Source: Leptospirales bacterium
GTDB taxonomy: Bacteria > Spirochaetota > Leptospiria > Turneriellales > JAOUFE01
Length of the DNA: 64,000 nt
Reading direction: 5' to 3'
Assembly (NCBI GenBank): GCA_040326155.1
Contig: JBEQLE010000001.1
Coordinates: forward strand, 76,959-140,958
Positions 1-11,755 of this stretch are shown in pieces. The translations under genes and the position numbers were made by a program. Below the pieces are notes generated by a model. It saw only the letters and a program-made list of their open reading frames with translations. It had not been told where the DNA came from and did no database searches. Positions within the stretch are counted from its first letter, which is position 1. Each line of letters starts with the position of its first letter.

Positions 1-2
1 TT

Positions 3-911
3 TGCGCTGGAGTCATTCGGGCTATTCATACAGTGGAACAGGCACTGAAAATTTTCGATCATCCTTTATATGTACATCACCAGATTGTTCACAATAAATA
101 TGTGGTGGAAGACCTTGAAAAAAGGGGGGTTCGGTTTATAGAAGAGCTCGATGAAATGCCCGATAATTTACCGGTAATTTTCAGTGCTCATGGGGTTTCT
201 CCCGAAGTTCATAAAAAAGCCGCCCAAAAAAATCTTCAGGTCATTGACGCCACTTGTCCGCTTGTTGCAAAAGTCCACACGGAAGCTATTCGTTATTCAA
301 AAAATGGTTACCGTATTTTTTATATCGGGCATAATAATCACCCGGAAACAAAAGGTACATATGGCGAAGCTCCCGAGGCCATCACTGTAATTGAAAATGA
401 GGCCCAGGCTGACCAGTTAATGGCTACAAAAGATAAAGCCGCCGTTTTAACCCAGACAACGCTTTCGATTTACGATACAGAAAAAGTCATTACCAGTTTA
501 AAACAAAAGTTTCCCGACCTGGCAACTCCTAAAAAAAGTGATATCTGTTTTGCTACGACAAACCGCCAGGAATCTGTTTTGACTTTGTCTAATAATTGCG
601 ATTTGGTATTCATATTAGGTTCCAAAAATTCTTCAAATTCAAATCGTTTAAAAGAAGTTGCTTTTTCTCAGAATACTCCGTCTTACCTAATTGACGGGCC
701 CGAAGATATCGAAACCGAGTGGCTATTGAATGCTCAAACTGTTGGTATTACAGCCGGGGCCTCAGCTCCTGAATTTCTCGTCACAAAAACTATTGAGTTT
801 TTAAAAGAGAAGTTTGGTTTTAAAAATGTCGAATATCGAAATATAAAAGAGGAAAATATATCATTTCAACTTCCCGAAGAATTGCAAAAATTATTGACAA
901 AAGCACAATGA
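3..911 (+). CDS. ispH: 4-hydroxy-3-methylbut-2-enyl diphosphate reductase (5'-partial, starts before window)
   Basis: Frame open from position 3 (CAGVIRA); motifs IVHN, FSAHG, DATCPLV, HPE, TQTT, DICFATTNRQ, SSNS, TAGASAPE. Confidence 0.97.
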   Translation, partial: CAGVIRAIHTVEQALKIFDHPLYVHHQIVHNKYVVEDLEKRGVRFIEELDEMPDNLPVIFSAHGVSPEVHKKAAQKNLQVIDATCPLVAKVHTEAIRYSKNGYRIFYIGHNNHPETKGTYGEAPEAITVIENEAQADQLMATKDKAAVLTQTTLSIYDTEKVITSLKQKFPDLATPKKSDICFATTNRQESVLTLSNNCDLVFILGSKNSSNSNRLKEVAFSQNTPSYLIDGPEDIETEWLLNAQTVGITAGASAPEFLVTKTIEFLKEKFGFKNVEYRNIKEENISFQLPEELQKLLTKAQ

Positions 912-932
912 TATAATGACATTACAAATGAA

Positions 933-2834
933 ATGCTAAAGAACATTAAAAACACTTTCTTCTTTAGTCTGTTAATTCTGGCTTTGAACCCATTTTCGTT
1001 GAGCGCAGCTTATAACACGGAAGATCTCGAAAGTTCCGAAGTTTTGCAGAGTTTGACGCTCAAAGCAATTCAGTTTTATCACCAGAAGAAATACGACCAG
1101 ACGGCCCTTATTATGGATCGTATTCTGAAAGTATATCCGGATGATAAAACAGCTTACGAATATTATATTAAAGCCAACGATCAATTGATACGAGCCTTAA
1201 TTCTGGGAAAGCAAGCCGTTATACTGGTGAATAACGGACAACTGCTCGAAGCGCAAGCCCGTATCGAAGAAGCCGGTCGCATTGCCCCCCACTCCCCGGC
1301 TATAAACAAGCTGGCAGAATATATTAAAAATAAATCTGAAGATTTAAAACCACTCTCACATCTGGACGAACAGCAACGTAAAAGCTTTGAAATTCTTTTA
1401 AAAAAAGCTACGAAAGAACTCAATGAAGGACGTAACGAAGAAGCGCTTTTATTATTTCGAGACGCTTTAAAAATAGCACCGGAGTCTCCCCGCGCGGTTC
1501 GCGGTTATAACCTCGCCCTGCTACGCTCCCGTTCGGAAAACTATTCGGAGCAAACCAAAAGGTTGTTTCAAAAGGCTGACGCGTTTCGCAAAGCAATACA
1601 ATACATTAAAGCTAAAGGTGTATATGAAGAAATTCTAGCATATGACCCGGCAAATATAAGGGCTGAAACGGGTTTAAAAGAGATGGAAAAACTTATTGCC
1701 GAACTTTCTCAGGCTGCTGAAAAATCGCAACTTGCTCAGCAATATTACGACGAAGCTCGTGACCACCTTGACGGTAAAGAGTTCGAGAATGCCATCGAAA
1801 AATACGAACTTGGAAAAGCGACTCTCGCCCCGTATAAAAACTGGGACCAGTTAATTATCAATGCAAAAAAACAAAAAAAAGATTTTGAAAATAAAGACAG
1901 GGCGGAAAAAAGCGCCATGCTTGATAAATCTTTGAATAATGCCTTTGTATTAATTACAACAGAAAGATATAAAGAGGCAGTTAAAGAACTAAATACAGTT
2001 GTTATTATTTCTAAAGAGCTGGAGTTAGAAACATTTGAAACACAAGCTATTGAGCTTTTGAAAAAGACACAAGAGAGTATGCGCAAACAGGAAGACGAGA
2101 CTATTACCATAATTCATCCATATTATGACGCCATAAATACCCAGAAAATTCTCGGCCTTGAAGCTTATAAACGGAAAAAATATAAACTTGCTCAGGAATA
2201 TTTCTCTTCCATACTCGAACTTTTTCCTAAAAACCGGTTTGCCAATATCTACAATATTAAATGCACCATTGAACTCGGTATCGGTAGTAAAACCCAGGTA
2301 ATGAACGATCTAATTTCAGGTATCAATGTAAACTTGAAAAGCGGTGACAAATTCGAAGCAAAGCGTCTTTACAATATAGCCAAAGAGATTGAGCCAGGTA
2401 ATGCCGAATTAAAAGCACTTTCTCCAAAGTTTGATAAAAAAAGAATAATAAACGATCTGCTAAATAGAGACGAATCTATTACCGATACACAGATCGAAAA
2501 TATGTATAAAAACGCCTTAAATTTAAGCCGTTCCAAACCCAAAGAATCTATAGCAGTATTAAACCGAATTGTGAAAGCTGACCCCGCAAACACCAAGGCG
2601 CGTAAACTACTTTTACAACTTCAAAACATAGCAAAATCCAGGTCATCCACTTATGAGGCTCCCAGAATAAACTCACGCGCCCAACAATACTATGCCGACG
2701 GAATTCGTCACTACAATAATGGTAGAATAAGGGACGCTAGAAGTTCATTTATTAAAGCTCTGAGAATTGAACCATCTTATACCAAAGCAAGAAAAGCCCG
2801 TGAAAAATGCGACAAATATCTTGGTATAAAATAA
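933..2834 (+). CDS. Exported tetratricopeptide-repeat protein
   Basis: N-terminal hydrophobic signal peptide; many A..L...P.N/S TPR-like repeats. Confidence 0.8.
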   Translation: MLKNIKNTFFFSLLILALNPFSLSAAYNTEDLESSEVLQSLTLKAIQFYHQKKYDQTALIMDRILKVYPDDKTAYEYYIKANDQLIRALILGKQAVILVNNGQLLEAQARIEEAGRIAPHSPAINKLAEYIKNKSEDLKPLSHLDEQQRKSFEILLKKATKELNEGRNEEALLLFRDALKIAPESPRAVRGYNLALLRSRSENYSEQTKRLFQKADAFRKAIQYIKAKGVYEEILAYDPANIRAETGLKEMEKLIAELSQAAEKSQLAQQYYDEARDHLDGKEFENAIEKYELGKATLAPYKNWDQLIINAKKQKKDFENKDRAEKSAMLDKSLNNAFVLITTERYKEAVKELNTVVIISKELELETFETQAIELLKKTQESMRKQEDETITIIHPYYDAINTQKILGLEAYKRKKYKLAQEYFSSILELFPKNRFANIYNIKCTIELGIGSKTQVMNDLISGINVNLKSGDKFEAKRLYNIAKEIEPGNAELKALSPKFDKKRIINDLLNRDESITDTQIENMYKNALNLSRSKPKESIAVLNRIVKADPANTKARKLLLQLQNIAKSRSSTYEAPRINSRAQQYYADGIRHYNNGRIRDARSSFIKALRIEPSYTKARKAREKCDKYLGIK

Positions 2835-2841
2835 CATGATT

Positions 2842-5712
2842 TTATAATCTTTTAATGTATTTACTTTCAGGAAAACTCTCACGCAGACGTTCGCGGTAAA
2901 GTTCATACTCTCTTACCTTTCCCGCTTTCTTAAAAGAGAGTGAACTTTTATACAAAGCTCTTTCGAAAAGATCGGAAATACCCGAATAAAGATATACAAT
3001 TTTCGTGTAATCTCTCGCTGCTTTCAAATAGGCTTTTCGCAATAAGTGAATTTCACCAAGATAATAAAATGACCACGCCGCCAGAAATTCGTCGCGTCCC
3101 TGAGAAACCTGACGAAAATAATCAAAAGCGACATCGTATTTTTTTTGATAATAATGCGCAAGTCCGGAATAATACCGGGCAACAATCGAATGGTCTTGTT
3201 CGTCCAGTAGAGGCTTTAATAACTTTATTGCTTTGTTATATTCCTTTTGCATTAACCAGATTTTTGCTTCAACAATAGTTAATTGACCAATTGTATTTTT
3301 ATCATTGGAAGAATTCTTTTTTTGCTTGCCAATCAACTCAAGGGCCATTTCAACATTCCCACTCGAAGCATAAATTTCAGTCATGGTTTTTACCAGGCGA
3401 ATACGGTAAGGCTCCATGTCTTCGGCGTTAGAATTCAAAAGTTTTTCACAAATACCCAGGGCTTCTTTGTATTGTCCTGTTGACGAATACATCGAAACAC
3501 GAGCAAATTGAGCCTCCATTTTATCACCGGTAGTTTTCGCATTACGTATCATTTTACGATACAATGCATCTGCCTTGGAGACCTCTCCCCGCTTACGAAA
3601 ATATACACTTATAATACGTAAAATTTCTGCTCTGTATAACGATGCAGATTTTTTCTTGGCAAGCTCATAATACACATTTTCAGCATGCTGTGGCTGTTTT
3701 ACCTGCAAATAAGATTTCGCAAGAAGATAATAAACCTCTTCGACTGAAACCGATTCAGGGTATTGTTTTAAAAAATTTCTATACTGATCAATAGCCCCCC
3801 AGAAGTCCCCCTGCAATGCAAGTATCTTTGCATAATCAAGCAAAGACCTTTCTTTAAAAGGATTGTCTTCAGGCGACTCTTTATGACATTTTAAAAACAG
3901 TCCTTCAGCCTTTTTGTAGTTTCCCGTTAAATGCAGGCTTTTCGCCTGAAAATAAAGAGCATCGGGAGCGCGTTTACCTGACGGAAATTTTTCAAGATAT
4001 GTAATAAACTCTTTTTCAGCCTGTGCATAATCATTCAATCGAAAGTAGACCCATGCAATTTGAAAATAAGCCTCTTCAGCTTCCGGCTCTTCAGGATATA
4101 ATTTAATTACATTTTGATAGTATTTTATGGCATCGTCGAAATCTCTAAGATTATAACGACACGAAGCGATGGCGCTTAACACCCATGCTTTTTCACTATC
4201 ATTAGAAGCGAATTTTTCATATTTTCGAAACTGGTCAGATGCGCGTTCGTATTGTTTCAACTCAAGATAAGACCACCCTACCCCCATAGCCGAGGCAAAA
4301 AATCTTCTGTGCCCTTTGTATTGGCGAAGAACAATATTATAATATTGTAGTGCTTTGGTATAATCGGTTAAAGCGTAATAAATTTCTCCATACATAAAGT
4401 ATGCATCCCCTTTCCATTGCGAATGGGGATATTTTTTGACCAGTCGATCAAGAGTGTTCAAAGCAGTGTCATACATCCCTACTTTATATAAACTCTGGGA
4501 ACGCATAAACATTGTCTCAGGCGCCGATTCATCGGTCGGGTATTCTTCATAAAAAATCTGATAAACTCTGGCAGCCTTTTCAAACTGTTTTTCAATTAAT
4601 AAAAGATTACCCATTTTCAGTAAAACAACTTTTCTGGCTTTTCCTTTCAACTTAAAAGAGTCAAGCAACATCTGGTAAATTCTCAAAGCCTCATCTGTTT
4701 TACCAAAACTCCGGTAGCTGTCAGCCATTAACTCAAGCGCCTGAATATAAAATTCACTGTCCTGATAACGTTCGACCACAAGACGATAATCGGCGGCCGC
4801 TAGGGCATAATTTTCCCGAATCTGGTGTATCTGCCCTCTTCGAAAATAAGCTGAGCCAAGCTCTGACCACTTCTTATAGTTTGCAATAATGTCGTTTAAA
4901 ACTTCAAATGTTTTTTCGGGGCCTTCTGTTTTATAATAACACAAAGCAAGGTGATACTTGGCATCGGGTACAATATCGCCTTGCGTATGCTGTTCTAAAA
5001 TATAAAGAAATTGCGCTTTAGCATCTTCGTATTTATTTTCAGCAAAATATGTTTTGCCTATCCATAATTGAGCTTCTTTAGTGTCAATATCTTGATATCG
5101 TAATATAACCGATTGAAACTGTTTTCTTGCTTTGGAATAATCACGATTATTGTAATGGGCGATACCAAGTTGCAATGCAATTTCAGGCGAGATATTGCTC
5201 TTTGGATATTTATTTAATGCGTCTCTAAACGTAAAAACCGCATCATCATATCGCTCCGTTAATATGTACATATAACCGATTGTGTATATGGCATAAGCGG
5301 CCCTTTTACTTTCAGGAAAATCTTTAATGAATTTATAATGAGTAGAGAGCGCTTGTCGGTAATCTTTTAAATAATAAAAGCATTCACCCTCCCAATAACG
5401 AGCCTTAACCTCATAAGATGAATTGGGATAATCTCGCAACAAAACTCGAAACTCAAACAAGGCCGACTTATAATCGGCTTCGTAATAGTATGTCAATGCA
5501 ATGTAGTATTGAGAGTCATCGCCAAACTCACCTCGGGAATCTTTGTTCAAGATTTCCTGAAATAAAAGCCTGGCCGAATAAAAGCTTTTTTGTTGAAAAG
5601 CTTTTATTCCAGCCTGGTAGGTTCGTAAGGATGAAATTGTATTGTCTGCCGCAAGAGAAGAGACAAAAGCCACTCCCAGAAAAGCAAGTAAAAGTGTTTG
5701 TTTACGAAGCAT
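2842..5712 (-). CDS. Large exported TPR protein (BamD/CpoB-type repeats)
   Basis: Signal peptide; many repeats of the type A.Y..G..YY...Y..A...F......YP.S. Confidence 0.85.
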   Translation of the reverse strand: MLRKQTLLLAFLGVAFVSSLAADNTISSLRTYQAGIKAFQQKSFYSARLLFQEILNKDSRGEFGDDSQYYIALTYYYEADYKSALFEFRVLLRDYPNSSYEVKARYWEGECFYYLKDYRQALSTHYKFIKDFPESKRAAYAIYTIGYMYILTERYDDAVFTFRDALNKYPKSNISPEIALQLGIAHYNNRDYSKARKQFQSVILRYQDIDTKEAQLWIGKTYFAENKYEDAKAQFLYILEQHTQGDIVPDAKYHLALCYYKTEGPEKTFEVLNDIIANYKKWSELGSAYFRRGQIHQIRENYALAAADYRLVVERYQDSEFYIQALELMADSYRSFGKTDEALRIYQMLLDSFKLKGKARKVVLLKMGNLLLIEKQFEKAARVYQIFYEEYPTDESAPETMFMRSQSLYKVGMYDTALNTLDRLVKKYPHSQWKGDAYFMYGEIYYALTDYTKALQYYNIVLRQYKGHRRFFASAMGVGWSYLELKQYERASDQFRKYEKFASNDSEKAWVLSAIASCRYNLRDFDDAIKYYQNVIKLYPEEPEAEEAYFQIAWVYFRLNDYAQAEKEFITYLEKFPSGKRAPDALYFQAKSLHLTGNYKKAEGLFLKCHKESPEDNPFKERSLLDYAKILALQGDFWGAIDQYRNFLKQYPESVSVEEVYYLLAKSYLQVKQPQHAENVYYELAKKKSASLYRAEILRIISVYFRKRGEVSKADALYRKMIRNAKTTGDKMEAQFARVSMYSSTGQYKEALGICEKLLNSNAEDMEPYRIRLVKTMTEIYASSGNVEMALELIGKQKKNSSNDKNTIGQLTIVEAKIWLMQKEYNKAIKLLKPLLDEQDHSIVARYYSGLAHYYQKKYDVAFDYFRQVSQGRDEFLAAWSFYYLGEIHLLRKAYLKAARDYTKIVYLYSGISDLFERALYKSSLSFKKAGKVREYELYRERLRESFPESKYIKRL

Positions 5713-5717
5713 TGATT

Positions 5718-7067
5718 CTATAATACATATTTGGAAAGGTCCTCATTTGTTATGATCGCGTCGAGCTGTTCGCGAACATATTTATCATCGATTATAATTT
5801 CCTTTCCTTTGTAATCTTCAGAATGAAACGAGATTTCTTCGAGCAACTTTTCCATGATCGTATGCAAACGTCGAGCTCCGATATTTTCCGATTTTGTATT
5901 CATCTCTGTTGCAATTTTTGCAACTTCCCCCAGACCGGAACGTTCAAACTTTAAAGCAATATCTTCGGTCGACAAAAGGGCCTGGTACTGCTTAGTTAAA
6001 GCGTTCTTCGGATTTTGCAATATCGCATTATAATCCGCTTCGGTAAGAGACTTAAGTTCTACACGAATAGGGAATCGCCCTTGAAGCTCAGGAATTAAAT
6101 CGGATACCGAAGAGACATGAAAAGCGCCGGCGGCTATAAACAAGATGTGATCGGTTTTGACCGTCCCATGCCGAGTGTTCACACTCGAACCTTCTACCAG
6201 AGGTAAAATATCGCGTTGCACTCCTTCGCGTGAAATGTCCGCTGAACTTTTGGAAGCTCGTGAACTGATTTTATCGATCTCGTCAAAAAATACGATTCCG
6301 TTTTGTTCTACACCTTCAATTGCCTCAGCTTTAATTTTATCATGATCAAGTAAATTATCCATTTCTTCTTCAAATAGTACTTTTCTCGCTTCCGAAATTG
6401 GAACTTTTTTATTAGACTTTTTCTTGGGCATCATATCGCCCAACAGGCTTTGCATCTGGTTTTCAAGATCTTCCATCCCGGGCATTGCCATAATCTGCAT
6501 ACTTGGATTTTGCGATGTAGTCGTCGCCCTGACCTCAATTTCACGATCTTCAAGATTACCGGCATGCAGTTTTTTTCGAAACATTTCGCGAATATTCTGA
6601 TCTTCTTCACTTAGCGCGTCTTTAGAGCTGTCTCCGCCTGAAACAAGAATATCCAGAATGCGCTCTTCCACTTTTTGTTCACTCACCTTCTGGTATTTTT
6701 CTTCGTGTTTTTTACGATACATCTTAATCGACATACTTACAAGATCGCGAATCATGCTCTCAACATCGCGCCCCACATACCCGACTTCGGTAAATTTCGT
6801 CGCTTCCACTTTTACAAAAGGAGCATCGACGAGCCGTGCCAGGCGTCTGGCAATTTCTGTTTTCCCAACACCGGTTGGACCAATCATTATTATATTTTTT
6901 GGATGAATCTCCTCTTGAATCGGATCGTCACCCAGTGCCATTCTTCTCACCCTGTTTCGAAGAGCAACGGCGACCGCTCTTTTAGCATCATCCTGGCCAA
7001 TTATAAACTCATCTAATTTTTTTACTATTTCTTTAGGTTTTAATCCATCTAACATATTTTTAACCAA
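5718..7067 (-). CDS. hslU: ATP-dependent protease ATPase subunit HslU
   Basis: [54 protein letters not shown]. Confidence 0.98.
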   Translation of the reverse strand: MVKNMLDGLKPKEIVKKLDEFIIGQDDAKRAVAVALRNRVRRMALGDDPIQEEIHPKNIIMIGPTGVGKTEIARRLARLVDAPFVKVEATKFTEVGYVGRDVESMIRDLVSMSIKMYRKKHEEKYQKVSEQKVEERILDILVSGGDSSKDALSEEDQNIREMFRKKLHAGNLEDREIEVRATTTSQNPSMQIMAMPGMEDLENQMQSLLGDMMPKKKSNKKVPISEARKVLFEEEMDNLLDHDKIKAEAIEGVEQNGIVFFDEIDKISSRASKSSADISREGVQRDILPLVEGSSVNTRHGTVKTDHILFIAAGAFHVSSVSDLIPELQGRFPIRVELKSLTEADYNAILQNPKNALTKQYQALLSTEDIALKFERSGLGEVAKIATEMNTKSENIGARRLHTIMEKLLEEISFHSEDYKGKEIIIDDKYVREQLDAIITNEDLSKYVL

Positions 7068-7605
7068 TTTCCTCTATTATAATTTCTTGATTCGTATACA
7101 CACAAATATCTGCAGCAATGTACAACGACTTTTCAACGATTTCTTTTGCATTCAGTTTGGTATTTGCTATTAAAGCTTTCGCTGCCGCTGCCGCGTAGTT
7201 ACCACCAGAACCAATTGCCAGTACGCCGTCTTGAGGTTCAATAACATCTCCATTTCCTGAAATTAATAGCATTTTTTTGCCATCAGAAACAATCATCATT
7301 GCTTCAAGACGACGCAACATACGATCGGTACGCCAGTCTTTAGCAAGCTCAACAGCCGAACGCATTAAATTTCCAGAATAAGCTTGAAGCTTCTTTTCGA
7401 AAAGTTCAAGCAAAGTAAAAGCGTCAGCAGTAGAACCGGCAAACCCCGCTATAATTTTATTCTCATATATTTTCCGCACTTTTATAGCATTGCCTTTCAC
7501 CACGGTTTGACCGAGCGAAACTTGCCCGTCTCCCGCCATGGCAATTTTTCCATCTTTTTCTATGCAACAGATGGTAGTGCCATGCATTTTATTTGAATCA
7601 CTCAT
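7060..7605 (-). CDS. hslV: ATP-dependent protease peptidase subunit HslV
   Basis: HGTTI (N-terminal Thr nucleophile), [28 protein letters not shown]. Confidence 0.98.
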   Translation of the reverse strand: MSDSNKMHGTTICCIEKDGKIAMAGDGQVSLGQTVVKGNAIKVRKIYENKIIAGFAGSTADAFTLLELFEKKLQAYSGNLMRSAVELAKDWRTDRMLRRLEAMMIVSDGKKMLLISGNGDVIEPQDGVLAIGSGGNYAAAAAKALIANTKLNAKEIVEKSLYIAADICVYTNQEIIIEEIG

Positions 7606-8570
7606 AATTTATTTCCTTTTTTAGCATGCGGATGACAGTTTCGAAACGTATTTTGTATTCTTTCTTTTGCTACATGCGTATAGTTTTGTGTAGTTGAAAC
7701 ACTCGAATGGCCCAACATCTCCTGGACAACCCGAATATCAGCTCCGGAATTCAACATATCCGTGGCAAACGTATGTCGAAGCGTATGTGGACTAACGTCT
7801 TCGTTGGCCAATAGCAGAGACTTCCGTTTCTTTAAAATATAAGCAGCGCCTCTTCTGGAGAGTCTACCACCGCGATAATTTATAAACAAAGCGGTTTTGT
7901 CCATGTTTTCCCGGTCAACACCTTTTAAAACATTTTTTAAAACAATAGTGCGCGCTTCCAGATAAAGCTCAAGAGCCTCTTTGGCTTTTACACCAACAAA
8001 AACAACTCTCTGTTTTCCGCCTTTGCCTTCAATCACTAAATTTTCTTTTATACTGCCATTCATTTCAATAACTTCTTCAGCATTTAACGGCAACATTTCG
8101 GAAATTCTCATTCCACTGGAATACAGAGTTTCCAGAATTGCTCTGTCCCGAATTTGTATCCAGGGCAGCTGGTCGGTTCCATCTTCCAAATAACGCTCCA
8201 TTTCTACAGGCCGCAATGGTTTCGGCAAAGAACGATTATATTTTGGCGAACGTAATTTCTTTAACGTGTTTTTTTCAATAATGTCATTTCGTTCGCAATA
8301 CGAGTAAAACGATTTTAGACTGGCGGTTTTCCTGGCCTGAGAACTTTTCGATATTCCCTTCTCACTACGAAGTTCGCTTAAAAATGCATACACACTTTGT
8401 TGTTCCACCGTAACCCAGTCAATTTTCTCTCGTTCAATGTACGTTACCCACTGTGTTAAATCATTACGATAGGCATCAAGTGTATTCACCGAATAATGTT
8501 TTTCAAATTCGAGGTAGCTAAAAAATGAATTCAGCTGTGTATCTATTTGCAAATCCATATTCTCTGGCAA
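7602..8570 (-). CDS. xerC: Tyrosine recombinase XerC (start may be at 8558)
   Basis: [46 protein letters not shown]; conserved position between topA and hslV. Confidence 0.9.
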   Translation of the reverse strand: MPENMDLQIDTQLNSFFSYLEFEKHYSVNTLDAYRNDLTQWVTYIEREKIDWVTVEQQSVYAFLSELRSEKGISKSSQARKTASLKSFYSYCERNDIIEKNTLKKLRSPKYNRSLPKPLRPVEMERYLEDGTDQLPWIQIRDRAILETLYSSGMRISEMLPLNAEEVIEMNGSIKENLVIEGKGGKQRVVFVGVKAKEALELYLEARTIVLKNVLKGVDRENMDKTALFINYRGGRLSRRGAAYILKKRKSLLLANEDVSPHTLRHTFATDMLNSGADIRVVQEMLGHSSVSTTQNYTHVAKERIQNTFRNCHPHAKKGNKL

Positions 8571-8571
8571 C

Positions 8572-10692
8572 TCAGTCAGTTTTTTGCTCCATTACAAATT
8601 TACAAGCGGGATTTTGACAAGTGAGCGTTATTCCGCTTTTTTTAACTTTTTGTCCCATAATGGATTCGCATTGCGGACAACTCTGCTGCGAGGGTTTGTC
8701 GAGCATTGTAAATTCACATCCGCTGGAAGCATAGTTTTCACAACCGTAAAACTTACGCCCTTTTTTCGAAGCTTTAGAAACAACATTACCAGCACACAAT
8801 GGACATTTACCGAGTGGAATACTTTCGGTATATCGACATCCCCCTGCGAAATTTGCACAGCCTATAAAATAGCCATTTTTTCCAAGCTTTTTTTGCAGGG
8901 CATTACCACAGTCAGGACAGTCTCGACCGATGGGTATGCGAATAATATGTGACATATCCGGCATACTTTCCCCGGCAGCTTTCAGAACATCCTGAAAGGG
9001 AAAGAAAAAATCACCAAGCATTTTTTTCCAGGCAATTGTCCCCTTGGCGACATCATCCAAAGTCTCTTCCAGGTTTGCTGTAAACTCCAGATCTACAATA
9101 TCAGCAAAATGGTCTTGCAAAAGACCGCTGACAAGCATACCAAGCTGGGTGGGTAAAATTTGTCTGCCTTTTCTTTCGATATAAGATCTTTTATCGAGAG
9201 TCGCCATAGTCGGAACATACGTTGCAGGACGTCCAATACCTGACTCTTCCATTTTACGAATAAGAGAGGCCTCTGTATAACGCGGCGGTGGCTGGGTAAA
9301 TTTTTGCATTTTTTCAAAAGTGTGAATTTCCAGAGCCAGCCCCGGTTCAAATTTTGGTATATGCTCTTTTTTATTTTCCCCAGATGGAAAAACAGCGCGA
9401 TAACCGGGAAAAGTCTGTCTACCTGAAGAGAACCGAAACAGATACATTTCATCATTCGATAAAACTTCAATGGTTACCAGTTCATCTACACCCGTAGTCA
9501 TTTGCGAACCGACAAAACGCTTCCAGATTAAATCGTACAGCTTGAACTGATCTCGGCTTAAATATTGCGAAATTGAAGCCGGGGTTCGCATTACATCGGT
9601 CGGGCGAATTGCTTCGTGAGCGTCCTGGGCCGATTTTTTTGACGCATATATATTTGCTTTTTCGGGAAGGTATTCAGACGAAAATTTTTCTTTAATATAA
9701 CTTCTAGCCATTCCCAGACCGGCTTCTGAAATTCTTGTCGAATCTGTTCTCATATAGGTGATTAAACCGGTTGGTCCGCCTTCACCCAGATCGACACCTT
9801 CGTATAGACTCTGAGCAACAGACATAGTTTTCTGAGCACGGTAACCCAGCCGGGTCGATGCGTCTTGTTGCAAACGACTGGTAATATAGGGCGTAGGAGG
9901 CTTGCTCTTTCTTTCGGATATTTTTCGAACAGTAGTCGAGAATGACTGTTTTAAACAGGTTTCTTCAATATGCTGCGCTGTATCTCCATTGGTGATGTTT
10001 ACTTTTTCGCCGCCAACCTGAACAAGCTTAAAAATTACGGCTTTATCTTTTGCCTTAGCCAGGTCGTGCTCAAAAGTACTTTCTACTTCCCAGAATTCAA
10101 CGGGTTTAAAATCTTTAATCTCATTTTCTCTGACAGTAATAATTTTTAAAGCCGCCGACTGAACACGCCCGGCAGAAAACCTTTTAGAGCTAAATTTTTC
10201 TTGCAAAATAGGAGAAATACTGTAACCAACCAGACGATCGAGCAATCTACGAGCCTGCTGAGAATTCACCATCAACATGTCGATTTCTCTAGGATGGCTG
10301 ATGGCATCTTTTACGGCCTCTTCGGTAATTTCATTAAATTCAATTCTTTGAATATTATCGTTCACGGCTGAGAGGGCCCGTTCAAGGTGCCAACTGATCG
10401 CTTCACCTTCCCGGTCAGGGTCAGTCGCAAGTAAGACATTTACGGAAGATTTTGCAGCTTTTTTCAATTCGGCTAAATCTTTTCCTTTACCGCGTATAGT
10501 TATGTATTGCGCTTCAAAATTATTTTCAATATCAATACCCATTTTACTTTTAGGCAGGTCAATTAAGTGCCCTTTTGAGGACTCAATTCTATAGTCCGGT
10601 CCCAGAAACTTTGCCAGAGAACGAATTTTTGTCGGGGACTCAACAACAATTAACGTTTTAGTTTTTTTTGATTTCTTAGTTTTAGTAGCCAT
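8572..10692 (-). CDS. topA: DNA topoisomerase I
   Basis: VESPTK, ATDPDREGE, SAGRVQS, LITYMRTDS, QDAHEAIRP, GIGRPATY; C-terminal Zn ribbons. Confidence 0.98.
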   Translation of the reverse strand: MATKTKKSKKTKTLIVVESPTKIRSLAKFLGPDYRIESSKGHLIDLPKSKMGIDIENNFEAQYITIRGKGKDLAELKKAAKSSVNVLLATDPDREGEAISWHLERALSAVNDNIQRIEFNEITEEAVKDAISHPREIDMLMVNSQQARRLLDRLVGYSISPILQEKFSSKRFSAGRVQSAALKIITVRENEIKDFKPVEFWEVESTFEHDLAKAKDKAVIFKLVQVGGEKVNITNGDTAQHIEETCLKQSFSTTVRKISERKSKPPTPYITSRLQQDASTRLGYRAQKTMSVAQSLYEGVDLGEGGPTGLITYMRTDSTRISEAGLGMARSYIKEKFSSEYLPEKANIYASKKSAQDAHEAIRPTDVMRTPASISQYLSRDQFKLYDLIWKRFVGSQMTTGVDELVTIEVLSNDEMYLFRFSSGRQTFPGYRAVFPSGENKKEHIPKFEPGLALEIHTFEKMQKFTQPPPRYTEASLIRKMEESGIGRPATYVPTMATLDKRSYIERKGRQILPTQLGMLVSGLLQDHFADIVDLEFTANLEETLDDVAKGTIAWKKMLGDFFFPFQDVLKAAGESMPDMSHIIRIPIGRDCPDCGNALQKKLGKNGYFIGCANFAGGCRYTESIPLGKCPLCAGNVVSKASKKGRKFYGCENYASSGCEFTMLDKPSQQSCPQCESIMGQKVKKSGITLTCQNPACKFVMEQKTD

Positions 10693-10729
10693 AATCTATT
10701 TTATACTATCGGACAAAGACGATATTCTT

Positions 10730-11752
10730 TCATTCAAGTTCTTTCTGATTTAAATAAAAAATCCGAAAATTTAAACTTTCGTCGCCTTTTTTCCAAACCG
10801 CCTTTTTATTTTTTTCCAACTCATGAATTTTTTCCATAGCAGCCTCTTGGACAATTAACCCTTTCTTCGGCGCTTTCGTAGCTATTGCCTGAGCTACTCT
10901 CAACCCCTCAAATGATATATCTTTATCTTTGTGTAATATCGCTCCCGCTTGAATCTCTCTTTCTAGAAATGGATGCGTTCCGGTAAAGTAAACTTTCAAT
11001 AACCTGTCGAATACTTTTTTTGACAAGTATCCCCTGTAAAAGTGAGGACCTGCCTCCAGGTATAAAAACATCTTCCGTAGTTTCCGTCCTTCTTTTGTTG
11101 AAAACGCATTTTCCGGGTCGTAAGGGTTGCAAACCACATAAAGTGCAATTAGATCGGAGTTTCCTGTTACGGACCCCAGGTATCGAAAGCCAAAATACAA
11201 AAGAAACAAAAACACAACAGCTAAATTTGCATATAGATAATCACTGCTTTGCCATATACCGGTATAAAATTTTTTCATTTCGGGCATCGTATATTGAAAC
11301 TGCCACCGTACTAGATTACTTTCATTTTTTGTGTGGCAAATTAAACAAGGCTTAGCAGGATGTTCCGTATAGGTAATAAGTTCTGGAGAGAGCTTTTCAT
11401 AACCGGTTTTTACACTTTCACCGTTTTCCAGTTTATTCGGTACAAAACGCGCTTTTGTTTGAATACAATCTTTTGATGCACCCTCATCATCGTTTAACCC
11501 GGCACATTGAAACAGAGGTTTCCACACATAAGGCTCGGCTGCTGAAAGTTTCAAGTTGACCAGCTCTCTTTTTCGAATTTCAAGAGCTCGATAATAGAAA
11601 AAACCACTTTTATCGCGTGATTCTTTTTTATAGAGCAGAAAAACAACAGCGTTCAGAAGAATAAACACCCCAACCAGAAAAGCCAGAAACGTTTTTGGCC
11701 AGAAGGAAGGGTGAAATAACCAATTTTTCCAAACTCTGGTCGCAGCCCACAC
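10730..11752 (-). CDS. Two-TM membrane protein with CxxCH heme motif and possible degenerate cyclase-like C-terminus
   Basis: TM segment, CLICH at 11333-11347, second TM segment, cytoplasmic tail. Confidence 0.55.
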   Translation of the reverse strand: MWAATRVWKNWLFHPSFWPKTFLAFLVGVFILLNAVVFLLYKKESRDKSGFFYYRALEIRKRELVNLKLSAAEPYVWKPLFQCAGLNDDEGASKDCIQTKARFVPNKLENGESVKTGYEKLSPELITYTEHPAKPCLICHTKNESNLVRWQFQYTMPEMKKFYTGIWQSSDYLYANLAVVFLFLLYFGFRYLGSVTGNSDLIALYVVCNPYDPENAFSTKEGRKLRKMFLYLEAGPHFYRGYLSKKVFDRLLKVYFTGTHPFLEREIQAGAILHKDKDISFEGLRVAQAIATKAPKKGLIVQEAAMEKIHELEKNKKAVWKKGDESLNFRIFYLNQKELE

Positions 11753-11755
11753 TAG

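Noticed and set aside
7602..8570. Tyrosine recombinase as island integrase or fibre shufflon invertase
   Set aside because: Sits in the conserved topA-xerC-hslVU housekeeping cluster about 9 kb from the island; fibre copies are direct, not inverted
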